From an uncultured Dictyoglomota bacterium (GTDB lineage Bacteria; Dictyoglomota; Dictyoglomia; Dictyoglomales; Dictyoglomaceae): a stretch of DNA of 64,000 nucleotides. Shown piece by piece: positions 10,013 to 19,579 of this stretch. The first letter of the stretch is position 1. Every line of letters starts with the position of its first letter. Both the position numbers and the translations under genes were made by a program. Where the stretch lies: assembly GCA_964654465.1 (NCBI GenBank), contig CAZZIO010000040.1, positions 32,001 to 96,000 on the forward strand. The letters are read 5' to 3'. Below the pieces are notes generated by a model. That model had not been told where the DNA came from, ran no database searches, and saw only the letters and a program-made list of their open reading frames with translations.

Positions 10013-11352
10013 TCTCCACAATAACCCCTTTCTGGAAGTATACTAACTAAACCCTCCATACTTAAAAAAGCAACAGAATCAAAACCTAAAAGTCTGGCAA
10101 TCTCCTCAGGAGAGTAATGATAACTTATTAATTCTTTTGTATTAGGTATATCTACTCCATAATGGCAAGGAGAAATAAGGGGAGGTGAAGAAAGTCTAAG
10201 GTGTACTTCTTTAGCACCTTCTTCCCTAAATTTCTCAGCAAGGATTTTGGCAGTAGTACCTCTCACCAAAGAATCATCTACCAATACTATTTTTTTTCCT
10301 TTAATTAAATCGCTAACAAATAAAAATTTCATTCTTACTGACAATTCTCTTTCCTTTTGCCTTGGCTGTATAAATGTTCTGCCTACATAATGACTTCTCA
10401 TGAGAAGCATCTGTAGAGGTATACCTGACTCCTCACTATACCCAATAGCAGCAGGAATACCTGAATCAGGAACAGGAACAACCCAATCTGCAGATACAGG
10501 AACTTCTTTTGCTAATATTCTTCCCATTTGTTTTCTATAATAATAAACCGTCCTATCATCATAAAGACTATCTGGCCTCGAAAAATATATAAATTCAAAC
10601 AAGCAAAATCTGGAGGGTCTATCTTGAAATGATCTATAATTAAAAACATTTCCATCTTTACTGAAAAAAACCCATTCACCAGGATTCAATTCTTTAATTT
10701 CTATTATAGGTAAATCTTTTAAAGCTGATGTCTCAGATGCAAAAATAACTCCTCCATCTTGGAGCCTTCCCATAAAAAGTGGTCTAAATCCTGATGGATC
10801 TCTGATTGCATAAACACCTTCGTAGGTTCCAACTATTAGAGAGTAACTTCCTTCAACTTGATTAAGAGCCTCTTCAAGCCTTTCTTGTAAACTTTGCTTT
10901 TTTGATTTAGCTGTTAAATGTAATATAACTTCAGTATCTGAATCACTTTGAAATATTATCCCTTCTTTTTCCAAGTTTCTTCTTAAAGAATTAGCATTAG
11001 ATATATGACCATTATGGGCAAGAGCCATATAACCATACCTAGGAAGATTCACTACAAAGGGCTGAATACTTTGAGGTGATTTCTTACCAGAAGTAGAATA
11101 TCTAACATGTCCAACAGCAATTTTTCCCTTTAAGTTTTTAAGAGATAATTCATCAAAAACTTGAGAAACAAGACCAAAATTCTTATGAACATGATATCCT
11201 TCACTGGAAAAAGTTACAATTCCCGCGCTTTCTTGGCCTCTATGTTGTAATTTTAACAATCCTCTATAAGCCAAAAAACTTGCATATCTTTCACTAAAAA
11301 CTATAACTCCTATAACCCCACATTCTTCTTTTAAGGTCATTTGACCTTTCAC
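9961..11352 (-). CDS. purF: Amidophosphoribosyltransferase
   Basis: Propeptide then EECGV, LQHRGQESAG, GHVRYST, VDDSLVRGTT; Fe-S cysteines (CLFE, PCHYG, CGEC) as in the Bacillus-type enzyme. Confidence 0.98.
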   Translation of the reverse strand: MKGQMTLKEECGVIGVIVFSERYASFLAYRGLLKLQHRGQESAGIVTFSSEGYHVHKNFGLVSQVFDELSLKNLKGKIAVGHVRYSTSGKKSPQSIQPFVVNLPRYGYMALAHNGHISNANSLRRNLEKEGIIFQSDSDTEVILHLTAKSKKQSLQERLEEALNQVEGSYSLIVGTYEGVYAIRDPSGFRPLFMGRLQDGGVIFASETSALKDLPIIEIKELNPGEWVFFSKDGNVFNYRSFQDRPSRFCLFEFIYFSRPDSLYDDRTVYYYRKQMGRILAKEVPVSADWVVPVPDSGIPAAIGYSEESGIPLQMLLMRSHYVGRTFIQPRQKERELSVRMKFLFVSDLIKGKKIVLVDDSLVRGTTAKILAEKFREEGAKEVHLRLSSPPLISPCHYGVDIPNTKELISYHYSPEEIARLLGFDSVAFLSMEGLVSILPERGYCGECFGRKIVKKEKKLLIV

Positions 11353-11358
11353 CTTCTT

Positions 11359-13479
11359 TCAGAAAAGGGTCTTTATGTCTAATTCAAGAAAAGGTCTAAC
11401 TATAAATTTATCTGGAATTACTTTACCTATTTTTTGTACATTTAAGTTATATTTCTCTGCATATTTTAAAAACATAGTTTCTTTTTCTCTTGATACCTCC
11501 GCAATTAAAATAGAACCTTCACCAAAAAGCATTTCAGCTTTATCTTCTCTTGGGAGATTTACATACAATCCTTTATTTCCCCATATCGATAGTTCTAACA
11601 AAGAAGCCAACATTCCCCCCTCACTTACATCATGTAAAGAAAGAATAATTTTTTCCAACCTTATTTCCTCTAAAAAATATTTTAATTTTCTATCCCAAAT
11701 TAAATCTACATATGGGGGCTCACCTTCTATAACCCCATAAAGATCTTTCATAAATCTTGATCCATCTAAAGTTAATCTTGAAAAATCACCTATCACATAT
11801 ATAGGATTTTCATATTCTTTTAATCCCGGTGTTATTAAATATGAAAGATCCTCAATAATTCCAACCATACCAATAATAGGAGTAGGGAAAATTTTGTTAT
11901 CACCTTGACCATTATAAAAACTAACATTTCCACTTACTATAGGTATTTCCAATATTCTTGATGCCAAATTAATACCCTTTACTACTTCTTTAAATTGATA
12001 GAAAACATCCGGTTCATCGGGATCCCCAAAATTCAATCCATCAGTTATAGCTAATGGTTTGCCACCAACACAAAGAATGTTTCTACAGGCCTCTGCTACA
12101 GCATACATAGCCCCTTGTTTAGGATTCAAATAACAATATCTACCATTCCCATCTGTAACAATAGCAATACCCTTATTTGTATTTTTAATTCTCAAAACAG
12201 CAGCATCACCAAATCCAGGTGGTAAAACTGTATTTGTTTGCACGGAATAATCATACTGGGTATAGATTTTTTCCTTAGTTTTTATATCTTGAATTAAAAT
12301 CTCTATATATTTTTCCACATCTTCATTGGTGACTGTTACTACGTTTTCTTTCCTTTCCTTCTTGGGCCCCATTGATGGTGGATCAAATATAAGAGAACCA
12401 TCCACTAAAAGCTCAGTAGGTAGATCAACAACCTTTACTCCATTAAAATAAGCTATAAATCTTTCTTCTTTAATTACCTCTCCTATAACTTCTGCTTCAA
12501 GATCCCATTTTTTAAACACTTCAATAATATCCTTTACTTTATCTGGTCTAACTACAAAAAGCATTCTCTCTTGAGATTCCGATAACAATATTTCTTCTGG
12601 TGTCATATTTTCCTCTCTTTGAGGAACTTTATCAAGATAAACTTTTACTCCACTTCTTCCTCTACGTGCAGACTCTGATAAGGCACTCACAAGACCTGCA
12701 GCACCTAAATCTTGAATACCTATAACACCATCCTTAGCTGCAGCCTCTAAAGTTGCCTCAATAAGAAGCTTACCCAAGAAGGGATCCCCTACTTGAACTG
12801 ATGGTTTCTTTTTGTGAGTTTCATCATCAAGCTTCTCTGAAGCAAAACTTGCTCCTTGAAGACCATCCCTACCCGTTCTTGCGCCAACAAGTACTAGAAG
12901 ATTACCTTCACCTTCAGCTTTTCCTCGATAAGATTTTTGATTTGGAGATAATAATCCTAAACACATAACATTTACTAAGGGATTTGATGAATAACATTCA
13001 TCAAATACTATCTCTCCTCCCACAACAGGTACTCCAATACAATTACCATAAAAACTTATACCACTTACTACTCCCTCAAAAAGATACTTATTTTTTGGTT
13101 TATCAATTGAACCAAATCTTAATGAATCAAGTAGAGCAATAGGCCTTGCTCCAAGAGCCAATATATCCCTTACAATTCCTCCAACTCCTGTAGCAGCTCC
13201 TTGAAATGGTTCAACTGCTGAAGGATGATTATGGCTTTCTATCTTGAACACTATTTTATATCCATCTCCTAGATCTACAATTCCTGCATTCTCGCCTGGA
13301 CCTTGTTCTACCCACTCTGCTTTTGAATAAAAATCCTTTAGATATTTCCTTGAGTGTTTATAACTACAATGTTCAGACCATATTACAGATATAACAGACC
13401 ATTCTATATCATTTGGCTCTCTACCAAGCAATTCTCTTGCATGTTTTATTTCTTCTTCCTTAAGCCCAAAAATTCCCAT
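11359..13479 (-). CDS. purL: FGAM synthase subunit PurL (small form)
   Basis: WSEHCSYK, KIESHNHPSAVEPFQGAATGVGG, QDLGAAG, SESQERM, SGNVSFYN. Confidence 0.98.
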   Translation of the reverse strand: MGIFGLKEEEIKHARELLGREPNDIEWSVISVIWSEHCSYKHSRKYLKDFYSKAEWVEQGPGENAGIVDLGDGYKIVFKIESHNHPSAVEPFQGAATGVGGIVRDILALGARPIALLDSLRFGSIDKPKNKYLFEGVVSGISFYGNCIGVPVVGGEIVFDECYSSNPLVNVMCLGLLSPNQKSYRGKAEGEGNLLVLVGARTGRDGLQGASFASEKLDDETHKKKPSVQVGDPFLGKLLIEATLEAAAKDGVIGIQDLGAAGLVSALSESARRGRSGVKVYLDKVPQREENMTPEEILLSESQERMLFVVRPDKVKDIIEVFKKWDLEAEVIGEVIKEERFIAYFNGVKVVDLPTELLVDGSLIFDPPSMGPKKERKENVVTVTNEDVEKYIEILIQDIKTKEKIYTQYDYSVQTNTVLPPGFGDAAVLRIKNTNKGIAIVTDGNGRYCYLNPKQGAMYAVAEACRNILCVGGKPLAITDGLNFGDPDEPDVFYQFKEVVKGINLASRILEIPIVSGNVSFYNGQGDNKIFPTPIIGMVGIIEDLSYLITPGLKEYENPIYVIGDFSRLTLDGSRFMKDLYGVIEGEPPYVDLIWDRKLKYFLEEIRLEKIILSLHDVSEGGMLASLLELSIWGNKGLYVNLPREDKAEMLFGEGSILIAEVSREKETMFLKYAEKYNLNVQKIGKVIPDKFIVRPFLELDIKTLF

Positions 13480-13491
13480 GATTACACCCCT

Positions 13492-14145
13492 TTATTTTAG
13501 AAATGATAAGAACAGATTAATCCCATCAGAGCTTCCCAAAATATCTTCTACTGCTCTTTCAGGATGAGGCATCATACCCATTACATTACCCTTTTTATTA
13601 ATAATTCCAGCAATATTATCAATTGAACCATTTGGATTTTCATATTCATATTTAAGTACTATTTGATTGTTCTCCTTCAGATCTTCTAATCCCTTTTCTG
13701 ATATATAATATCTACCTTCTTTATGGGCTATAGGTATCTTAATAACCTGATTAACTAAATACCTATTCAAGAAGATATTTTGATTATTCAATACTCTTAT
13801 AAAAACAGGTTTACATATAAAAGTATTGGTAACATTTGGTAACATAGCTCCAGGTAAAAGACCTGCCTCTAAAAGTATCTGGAACCCATTACATATACCT
13901 AGCACATATCCACCTTTATTTGCAAAATCTATTACCTCATTCATGATAGGAGAAAATCTTGCAATAGAACCAGCTCTCAAATAGTCTCCATAAGAAAATC
14001 CTCCAGGGAGTATTACCATATCCACCTCTTGAAGATCATGATCTTTGTGCCAGAGAAAAACTGGGTCATGTCCTGTAATCTTTAAAGCATAAAAGGTATC
14101 CATATCACAATTTGTGCCTGGAAATACCACTACTCCTACCCTCAT
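13492..14145 (-). CDS. purQ: FGAM synthase glutaminase subunit
   Basis: [32 protein letters not shown]. Confidence 0.98.
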   Translation of the reverse strand: MRVGVVVFPGTNCDMDTFYALKITGHDPVFLWHKDHDLQEVDMVILPGGFSYGDYLRAGSIARFSPIMNEVIDFANKGGYVLGICNGFQILLEAGLLPGAMLPNVTNTFICKPVFIRVLNNQNIFLNRYLVNQVIKIPIAHKEGRYYISEKGLEDLKENNQIVLKYEYENPNGSIDNIAGIINKKGNVMGMMPHPERAVEDILGSSDGINLFLSFLK

Positions 14146-14396
14146 TCTCTTTCCACCCTTATTGAAAAATCTTCTGTAACTGGATTAACAAGTACAATTT
14201 CACTCATTTTTCTAACTTTTTCCATCACTTCCTCTTCAGAATTCCCCATCAGTTTAATTTTAAGGACCTTTCCAACCCTCACATCTTTTACTTCTTCAAA
14301 GTCTAAGGAATGAAGAGCATTTCTAATAGTTTTACCTTGAGGATCAAAGATCCCCTCTTTTAAAAAGATCTCTAATATCACTGTCCATTCTTTCAC
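14142..14396 (-). CDS. purS: FGAM synthase subunit PurS
   Basis: DPQGKTI...VRVGK...LVNPVTE; 84 aa, immediately before purQ. Confidence 0.95.
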   Translation of the reverse strand: MKEWTVILEIFLKEGIFDPQGKTIRNALHSLDFEEVKDVRVGKVLKIKLMGNSEEEVMEKVRKMSEIVLVNPVTEDFSIRVERE

Positions 14397-15700
14397 TTTA
14401 ATTCCTCCTTAACTCCAGATCTCTGAAATATAAAATCTATATTTTTAAGGAATACTTGCGGAGAAAAACAACTTTCTATCTCTTCCTTAGAAAGTTTTTC
14501 TGTAACTCTCTTATCTTCTAAAACTACCTCTAAAAAATCTCTTTTTTCATTGATAGCCTTAAATGCATCCTCTTGAATCCATGAATAAGCAATATCCCTT
14601 AAAACCCCTTTTTGGGTAAGAGCTAATAATAAGTTTTGAGAATAAAATATTCTATAATTAGTATTCATGTTCTCTAGAATATTCTCTTCATTAACTTTTA
14701 AATCTTTAACTATCTCATAAGTTAGATTAAGTATATAATCAGTGAGGGTAGTAGCATCTGGAAATATTACTCTTTCTACAGAAGAATGACTAATATCTCT
14801 CTCATGCCATAAAGGAATGTTTTCAAAAGCAGAATTCATATATGACCTTATTACTCTTGACAGTCCACAAATTCTTTCAGAAAGAATAGGATTTCTTTTA
14901 TGAGGCATAGCTGACGATCCCTTTTGCCTCTCCCTAAAAGGTTCTTCCAATTCTCCTACTTCCGTTCTTTGGAGATGTCTAATTTCAAGAGCAATTCGTT
15001 CACAAGACGAAGCTATCATTCCTAAAACATAAATTACTTCTGCATGTCTATCTCTTGGAATAATTTGTGTAGCAACTGGTTCAGGTTCTAATCCTAAAAT
15101 CTTACATGCCAATTCTTCTACTTCAGGTGACAAATGACTTAATGTACCAACAACACCTGAAAATTTTCCATATCTTATGTTTTCTCTTGCCTTTCTCAAC
15201 CTCTCTAAATTTCTTTTAAGTTCTGACCACCATCCCAAAAACTTAAAACCTAAGGTGATTGGTTCTGCATGCATTCCATGAGTTCTTCCCATCATAGGCA
15301 AATCTTTGTATTGAATTGCTTTTTTTGCTATTTCATCTAACAATTTTAAGAGATCTGATTCTATATAATTAAGAGCTTCTAAAATTTGTAAAGAAAAAGC
15401 AGTATCCATAACATCTGATGATGTAAGTCCTTGATGGATGTATTCAGATCCTTCTCCTACATATTGAGCCACATTAGTTAAAAATGCTATCATCTCATGA
15501 TTATTAATCTTTTCTATCTCCTTAATTTCTTCGACTTTAAATCTTGCTTTCTTTTTTATTTTTTCAAATGCTTCACTTGGGATCTCTCCTAATTTAGCTC
15601 TTGCTTCTAATACTGCCTCTTCTACCTTCCACCAAAGAGAATATCTTTTCTCATCAGACCAAACTTCTCTTAATTCCTTTCTACTATATCTTTCTAACAC
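14393..15700 (-). CDS. purB: Adenylosuccinate lyase
   Basis: GRTHGMHAEP, GSSAMPHKRNP, WHERDISHSSVER. Start moved to GTG 15700 (SD AAGGAGG) because the ORF-track ATG 15739 lies within the riboswitch terminator. Confidence 0.97.
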   Translation of the reverse strand: MLERYSRKELREVWSDEKRYSLWWKVEEAVLEARAKLGEIPSEAFEKIKKKARFKVEEIKEIEKINNHEMIAFLTNVAQYVGEGSEYIHQGLTSSDVMDTAFSLQILEALNYIESDLLKLLDEIAKKAIQYKDLPMMGRTHGMHAEPITLGFKFLGWWSELKRNLERLRKARENIRYGKFSGVVGTLSHLSPEVEELACKILGLEPEPVATQIIPRDRHAEVIYVLGMIASSCERIALEIRHLQRTEVGELEEPFRERQKGSSAMPHKRNPILSERICGLSRVIRSYMNSAFENIPLWHERDISHSSVERVIFPDATTLTDYILNLTYEIVKDLKVNEENILENMNTNYRIFYSQNLLLALTQKGVLRDIAYSWIQEDAFKAINEKRDFLEVVLEDKRVTEKLSKEEIESCFSPQVFLKNIDFIFQRSGVKEELK

Positions 15701-15716
15701 TTTTTTTACCTCCTTT

Positions 15717-15778
15717 AAAAGCAAAAAGCCCAAGCTCATAGGTTCTCCTTACGAGGGAACCTACCCGCCTGGGCTTTT
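15717..15778 (-). terminator. Riboswitch-controlled intrinsic terminator (expression platform)
   Basis: AAAAGCCCAGGC...TAGGTTC...GAACCTA...GCTTGGGCTTTTT, then GCTTTT. The 5' arm is the conserved 3' part of the ykkC aptamer. Confidence 0.85.
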
Positions 15779-15857
15779 ATCCCTTCGGTGTAGCAAGATC
15801 AACAATCTTGCCAGCTCCGCTTGGATCTTTAGACCCTAAGGAGCTCTTCCGCTCGTA
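15750..15857 (-). ncRNA. ykkC-family riboswitch aptamer, probable PRPP subtype (2b)
   Basis: TACGAGCGGAAGAGCTCCTTAGGGTC...CCAAGCGGAGCTGGCAAGATTGTTGATCTTGCTACACCGAAGGGATAAAAGCCCAGGCGGGTAGGTTCCCTCGTA. Carries ykkC hallmarks TAGGGT, CCRAGCG, ACACC, GGGATAAAAGCCC; precedes de novo purine genes. Confidence 0.85.
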
Positions 15858-15920
15858 GTCAGGCAATTTACGGTTGCCTGGTAGAAACTCCCGAGCCATA
15901 TTCTCGGGATTATACGAAGC
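15851..15920 (-). ncRNA. Purine (guanine-sensing) riboswitch aptamer
   Basis: TCGTATAATCCCGAGAATATGGCTCGGGAGTTTCTACCAGGCAACCGTAAATTGCCTGACTACGAG. P2 CCCGAG/CTCGGG, J2/3 AGTTTCTAC, P3 CAGGCAA/TTGCCTG with loop CCGTAAA; discriminator C (GAC-TACG) indicates guanine. Confidence 0.96.
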
Positions 15921-15928
15921 TTAAGTAG

Positions 15929-17229
<1,301 letters not shown>

Positions 17230-17368
17230 CTAATTTAGATTTGTTTTTATTTTATTAAGGTTATTATAACACTTATTCTTAATAAAAACTTTAAATTTTC
17301 TTTTAAAAGAAGCCACTTTAATATAGAATATAATTAGAAAATAAAAATATTAAGCAAGGAGGCGAAAA

Positions 17369-17956
17369 ATGGAGTACTTGGCACCCAGCTGGGAAGAAAT
17401 TTATAATCTATGTCTTGATCTTGCAGATGAGATTAATAAGAATAAGTTTAATCCTGAAGTTATAGTTGGGATTGCACGAGGAGGATGGATTCCTGCAAGA
17501 ATACTATCTGATCTTCTTGGAAACTCTTATACAGCTAATCTTAAAATTGATTTTTATAGAGGGGTTGGAGAAACTAAAGAAAGACCAATTATAACTCAAA
17601 CTATCTCAACAATTGTTGAAGGGAAAAAAGTATTAATAGCTGACGATGTGGCAGATAGTGGAAAAAGCTTAAAGGTTGCTAAAGAACACTTAGAACAATG
17701 TGGGGCAACTCAAGTAAAAATTGCTACCATATATTACAAACCCTGGTCTATCATTAAACCCGATTTTTACATAAAAGAAACAGAAGCATGGATAATCTTC
17801 CCTTGGGAAAGAAAAGAATTTGTATCTAAAATGATAGAAAGCTTAAGAGCGAAAGGACTTAGACATGATGAAATAATGAAAGAAATAGAAAAAAGTGGAA
17901 TTCCTAAGGATCTAATATTAAGATTTGTAAATGATTTAATAGGAGAAGACTCATGA
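17369..17956 (+). CDS. Type I phosphoribosyltransferase, probable purine (hypoxanthine/guanine/xanthine) PRTase
   Basis: GIARGG, LIADDVADSGKS PRPP-binding loop, WIIFPWE; SD AAGGAGG. Confidence 0.85.
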   Translation: MEYLAPSWEEIYNLCLDLADEINKNKFNPEVIVGIARGGWIPARILSDLLGNSYTANLKIDFYRGVGETKERPIITQTISTIVEGKKVLIADDVADSGKSLKVAKEHLEQCGATQVKIATIYYKPWSIIKPDFYIKETEAWIIFPWERKEFVSKMIESLRAKGLRHDEIMKEIEKSGIPKDLILRFVNDLIGEDS

Positions 17957-19566
17957 AAAATGCCATTTCAGCAGGTGGAGTAATTATTAATCCTATCAAC
18001 AAAAAAGTTTTTATCCTAAAAAGAAAAAATTCTAATTGGGTTCTCCCTAAGGGACATATTGAAAAAGGAGAATCTCCAGAAGAAGCAGCTATAAGAGAGG
18101 TAAAAGAAGAAACAAATTTGAATGTGAAAATTATAGATTTTATAGGAAAGACCCACTATATTGCTCCCGCTACAGAAAGACATCCTGAAGAGGACAAAAC
18201 AGTATTATGGTTTCTTATGGAATCCTATGACTCTAATAATGTTAAAATCGAGGAAGATGTATTCTCAGATGGAAGATTCTTGTATTTTAATGATGCATAT
18301 AATCTTCTTACCTTCGAGCAAGAAAAAGAAATATTGAGAAGAGGATATGAATTATATATGCTTCAAAAAGGCGAAAAAAAACTTCATGTTTTAATGTTAA
18401 GCTGGGAATATCCACCAAGAATTGTAGGCGGACTCAGTAGACATGTGAAAGATCTCAGTGATGCTTTAGCAGAGAAATATACTAAAGTTTCCATCGTAAC
18501 ATGTGGTACAAAAGATGTCCCTTGGGAAGAGCATAAAGAAAATCTCTCTGTTTATAGAGTACCAGAAAAAATAATAGACACCCCCAATTTTATCTCATGG
18601 ATCTACTTTCTCAATATCTCCATGATGATTAAAGCCTTAGAAATAAACAGAACAAATCCCATAGATATCATACATGCTCATGACTGGCTATCTGCTTTTA
18701 CTGGATATGTACTAAAACACTCTCTTAAAAAACCTCTTATATCAACAATTCATGCAACCGAACATGGTAGAAATCAAGGGATATATACTGAAGAACAAAA
18801 ATTTATCCACAATGTGGAATGGTGGCTAACATATGAATCTTGGAAAGTAATTGTATGCAGTAACAATATGAAAGATGAAGTAAAATCTCTTTTTAACTTA
18901 CCGGATGACAAAATAAAAATTATCCCTAACGGTATAAACCCCGAAAACTTAAAAACCACATTAAATTATAATGAAATAAAAAGCAGATATCTTAGTCAAG
19001 ATGAAAAAATGATACTCTTCATTGGTAGAATGCATTATCAAAAGGGAGCGGAGTATCTTTTAAGATCTATACCCTATATTAATAATGATTATCCAAAAGT
19101 TAAATTCATCTTTGTAGGGACAGGGCCACAACTTGATTATTTAATTGAAGAAAGCAAGAATTTAGGTGTCAAAGAAAAAGTTATATTCACAGGCTTTGTA
19201 GATGATAACCTGAGAAATGCTCTACTCCATGCATCTGATATATGTGTTTTTCCCAGTATCTACGAACCCTTTGGGATAGTTGCATTAGAAGCTATGGCTT
19301 TAGGAAAGCCTGTAGTAGCAAGTAGGCTTGGTGGCTTTGCTGAGATAATTGAAGATGGAATAGACGGTATACTTTTTGAACCTAAAAATATATTAGATTT
19401 AGCAAATAAAATAAAAATGCTTTTATACAATGATGAGTTAAAAGAAAATATTGGAAAAATGGCAATGAAAAAAGCTTTGGAAAAATATTCTTGGAAAAGT
19501 ATTGCTGAAGAAACTAAAAAGGTTTACTTTGAGATTTATAGAGAATATCTAAAAACTGATTGGTAA
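17953..19566 (+). CDS. NUDIX hydrolase fused to GT4 glycosyltransferase
   Basis: N-terminal Nudix box GHIEKGESPEEAAIREVKEETNL; then MLSWEYPP, HAHDW, TIHATEHGR, PSIYEPFGIVALEAMA (GT4). Confidence 0.85.
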   Translation: MKNAISAGGVIINPINKKVFILKRKNSNWVLPKGHIEKGESPEEAAIREVKEETNLNVKIIDFIGKTHYIAPATERHPEEDKTVLWFLMESYDSNNVKIEEDVFSDGRFLYFNDAYNLLTFEQEKEILRRGYELYMLQKGEKKLHVLMLSWEYPPRIVGGLSRHVKDLSDALAEKYTKVSIVTCGTKDVPWEEHKENLSVYRVPEKIIDTPNFISWIYFLNISMMIKALEINRTNPIDIIHAHDWLSAFTGYVLKHSLKKPLISTIHATEHGRNQGIYTEEQKFIHNVEWWLTYESWKVIVCSNNMKDEVKSLFNLPDDKIKIIPNGINPENLKTTLNYNEIKSRYLSQDEKMILFIGRMHYQKGAEYLLRSIPYINNDYPKVKFIFVGTGPQLDYLIEESKNLGVKEKVIFTGFVDDNLRNALLHASDICVFPSIYEPFGIVALEAMALGKPVVASRLGGFAEIIEDGIDGILFEPKNILDLANKIKMLLYNDELKENIGKMAMKKALEKYSWKSIAEETKKVYFEIYREYLKTDW

Positions 19567-19579
19567 GGGAGGTTTTTTC

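Noticed and set aside
15701-15739. ORF-track N-terminal extension of purB (MSLGFLLLKEVKK)
   Set aside because: The ATG lies in the riboswitch terminator; the SD AAGGAGG points to GTG 15700.
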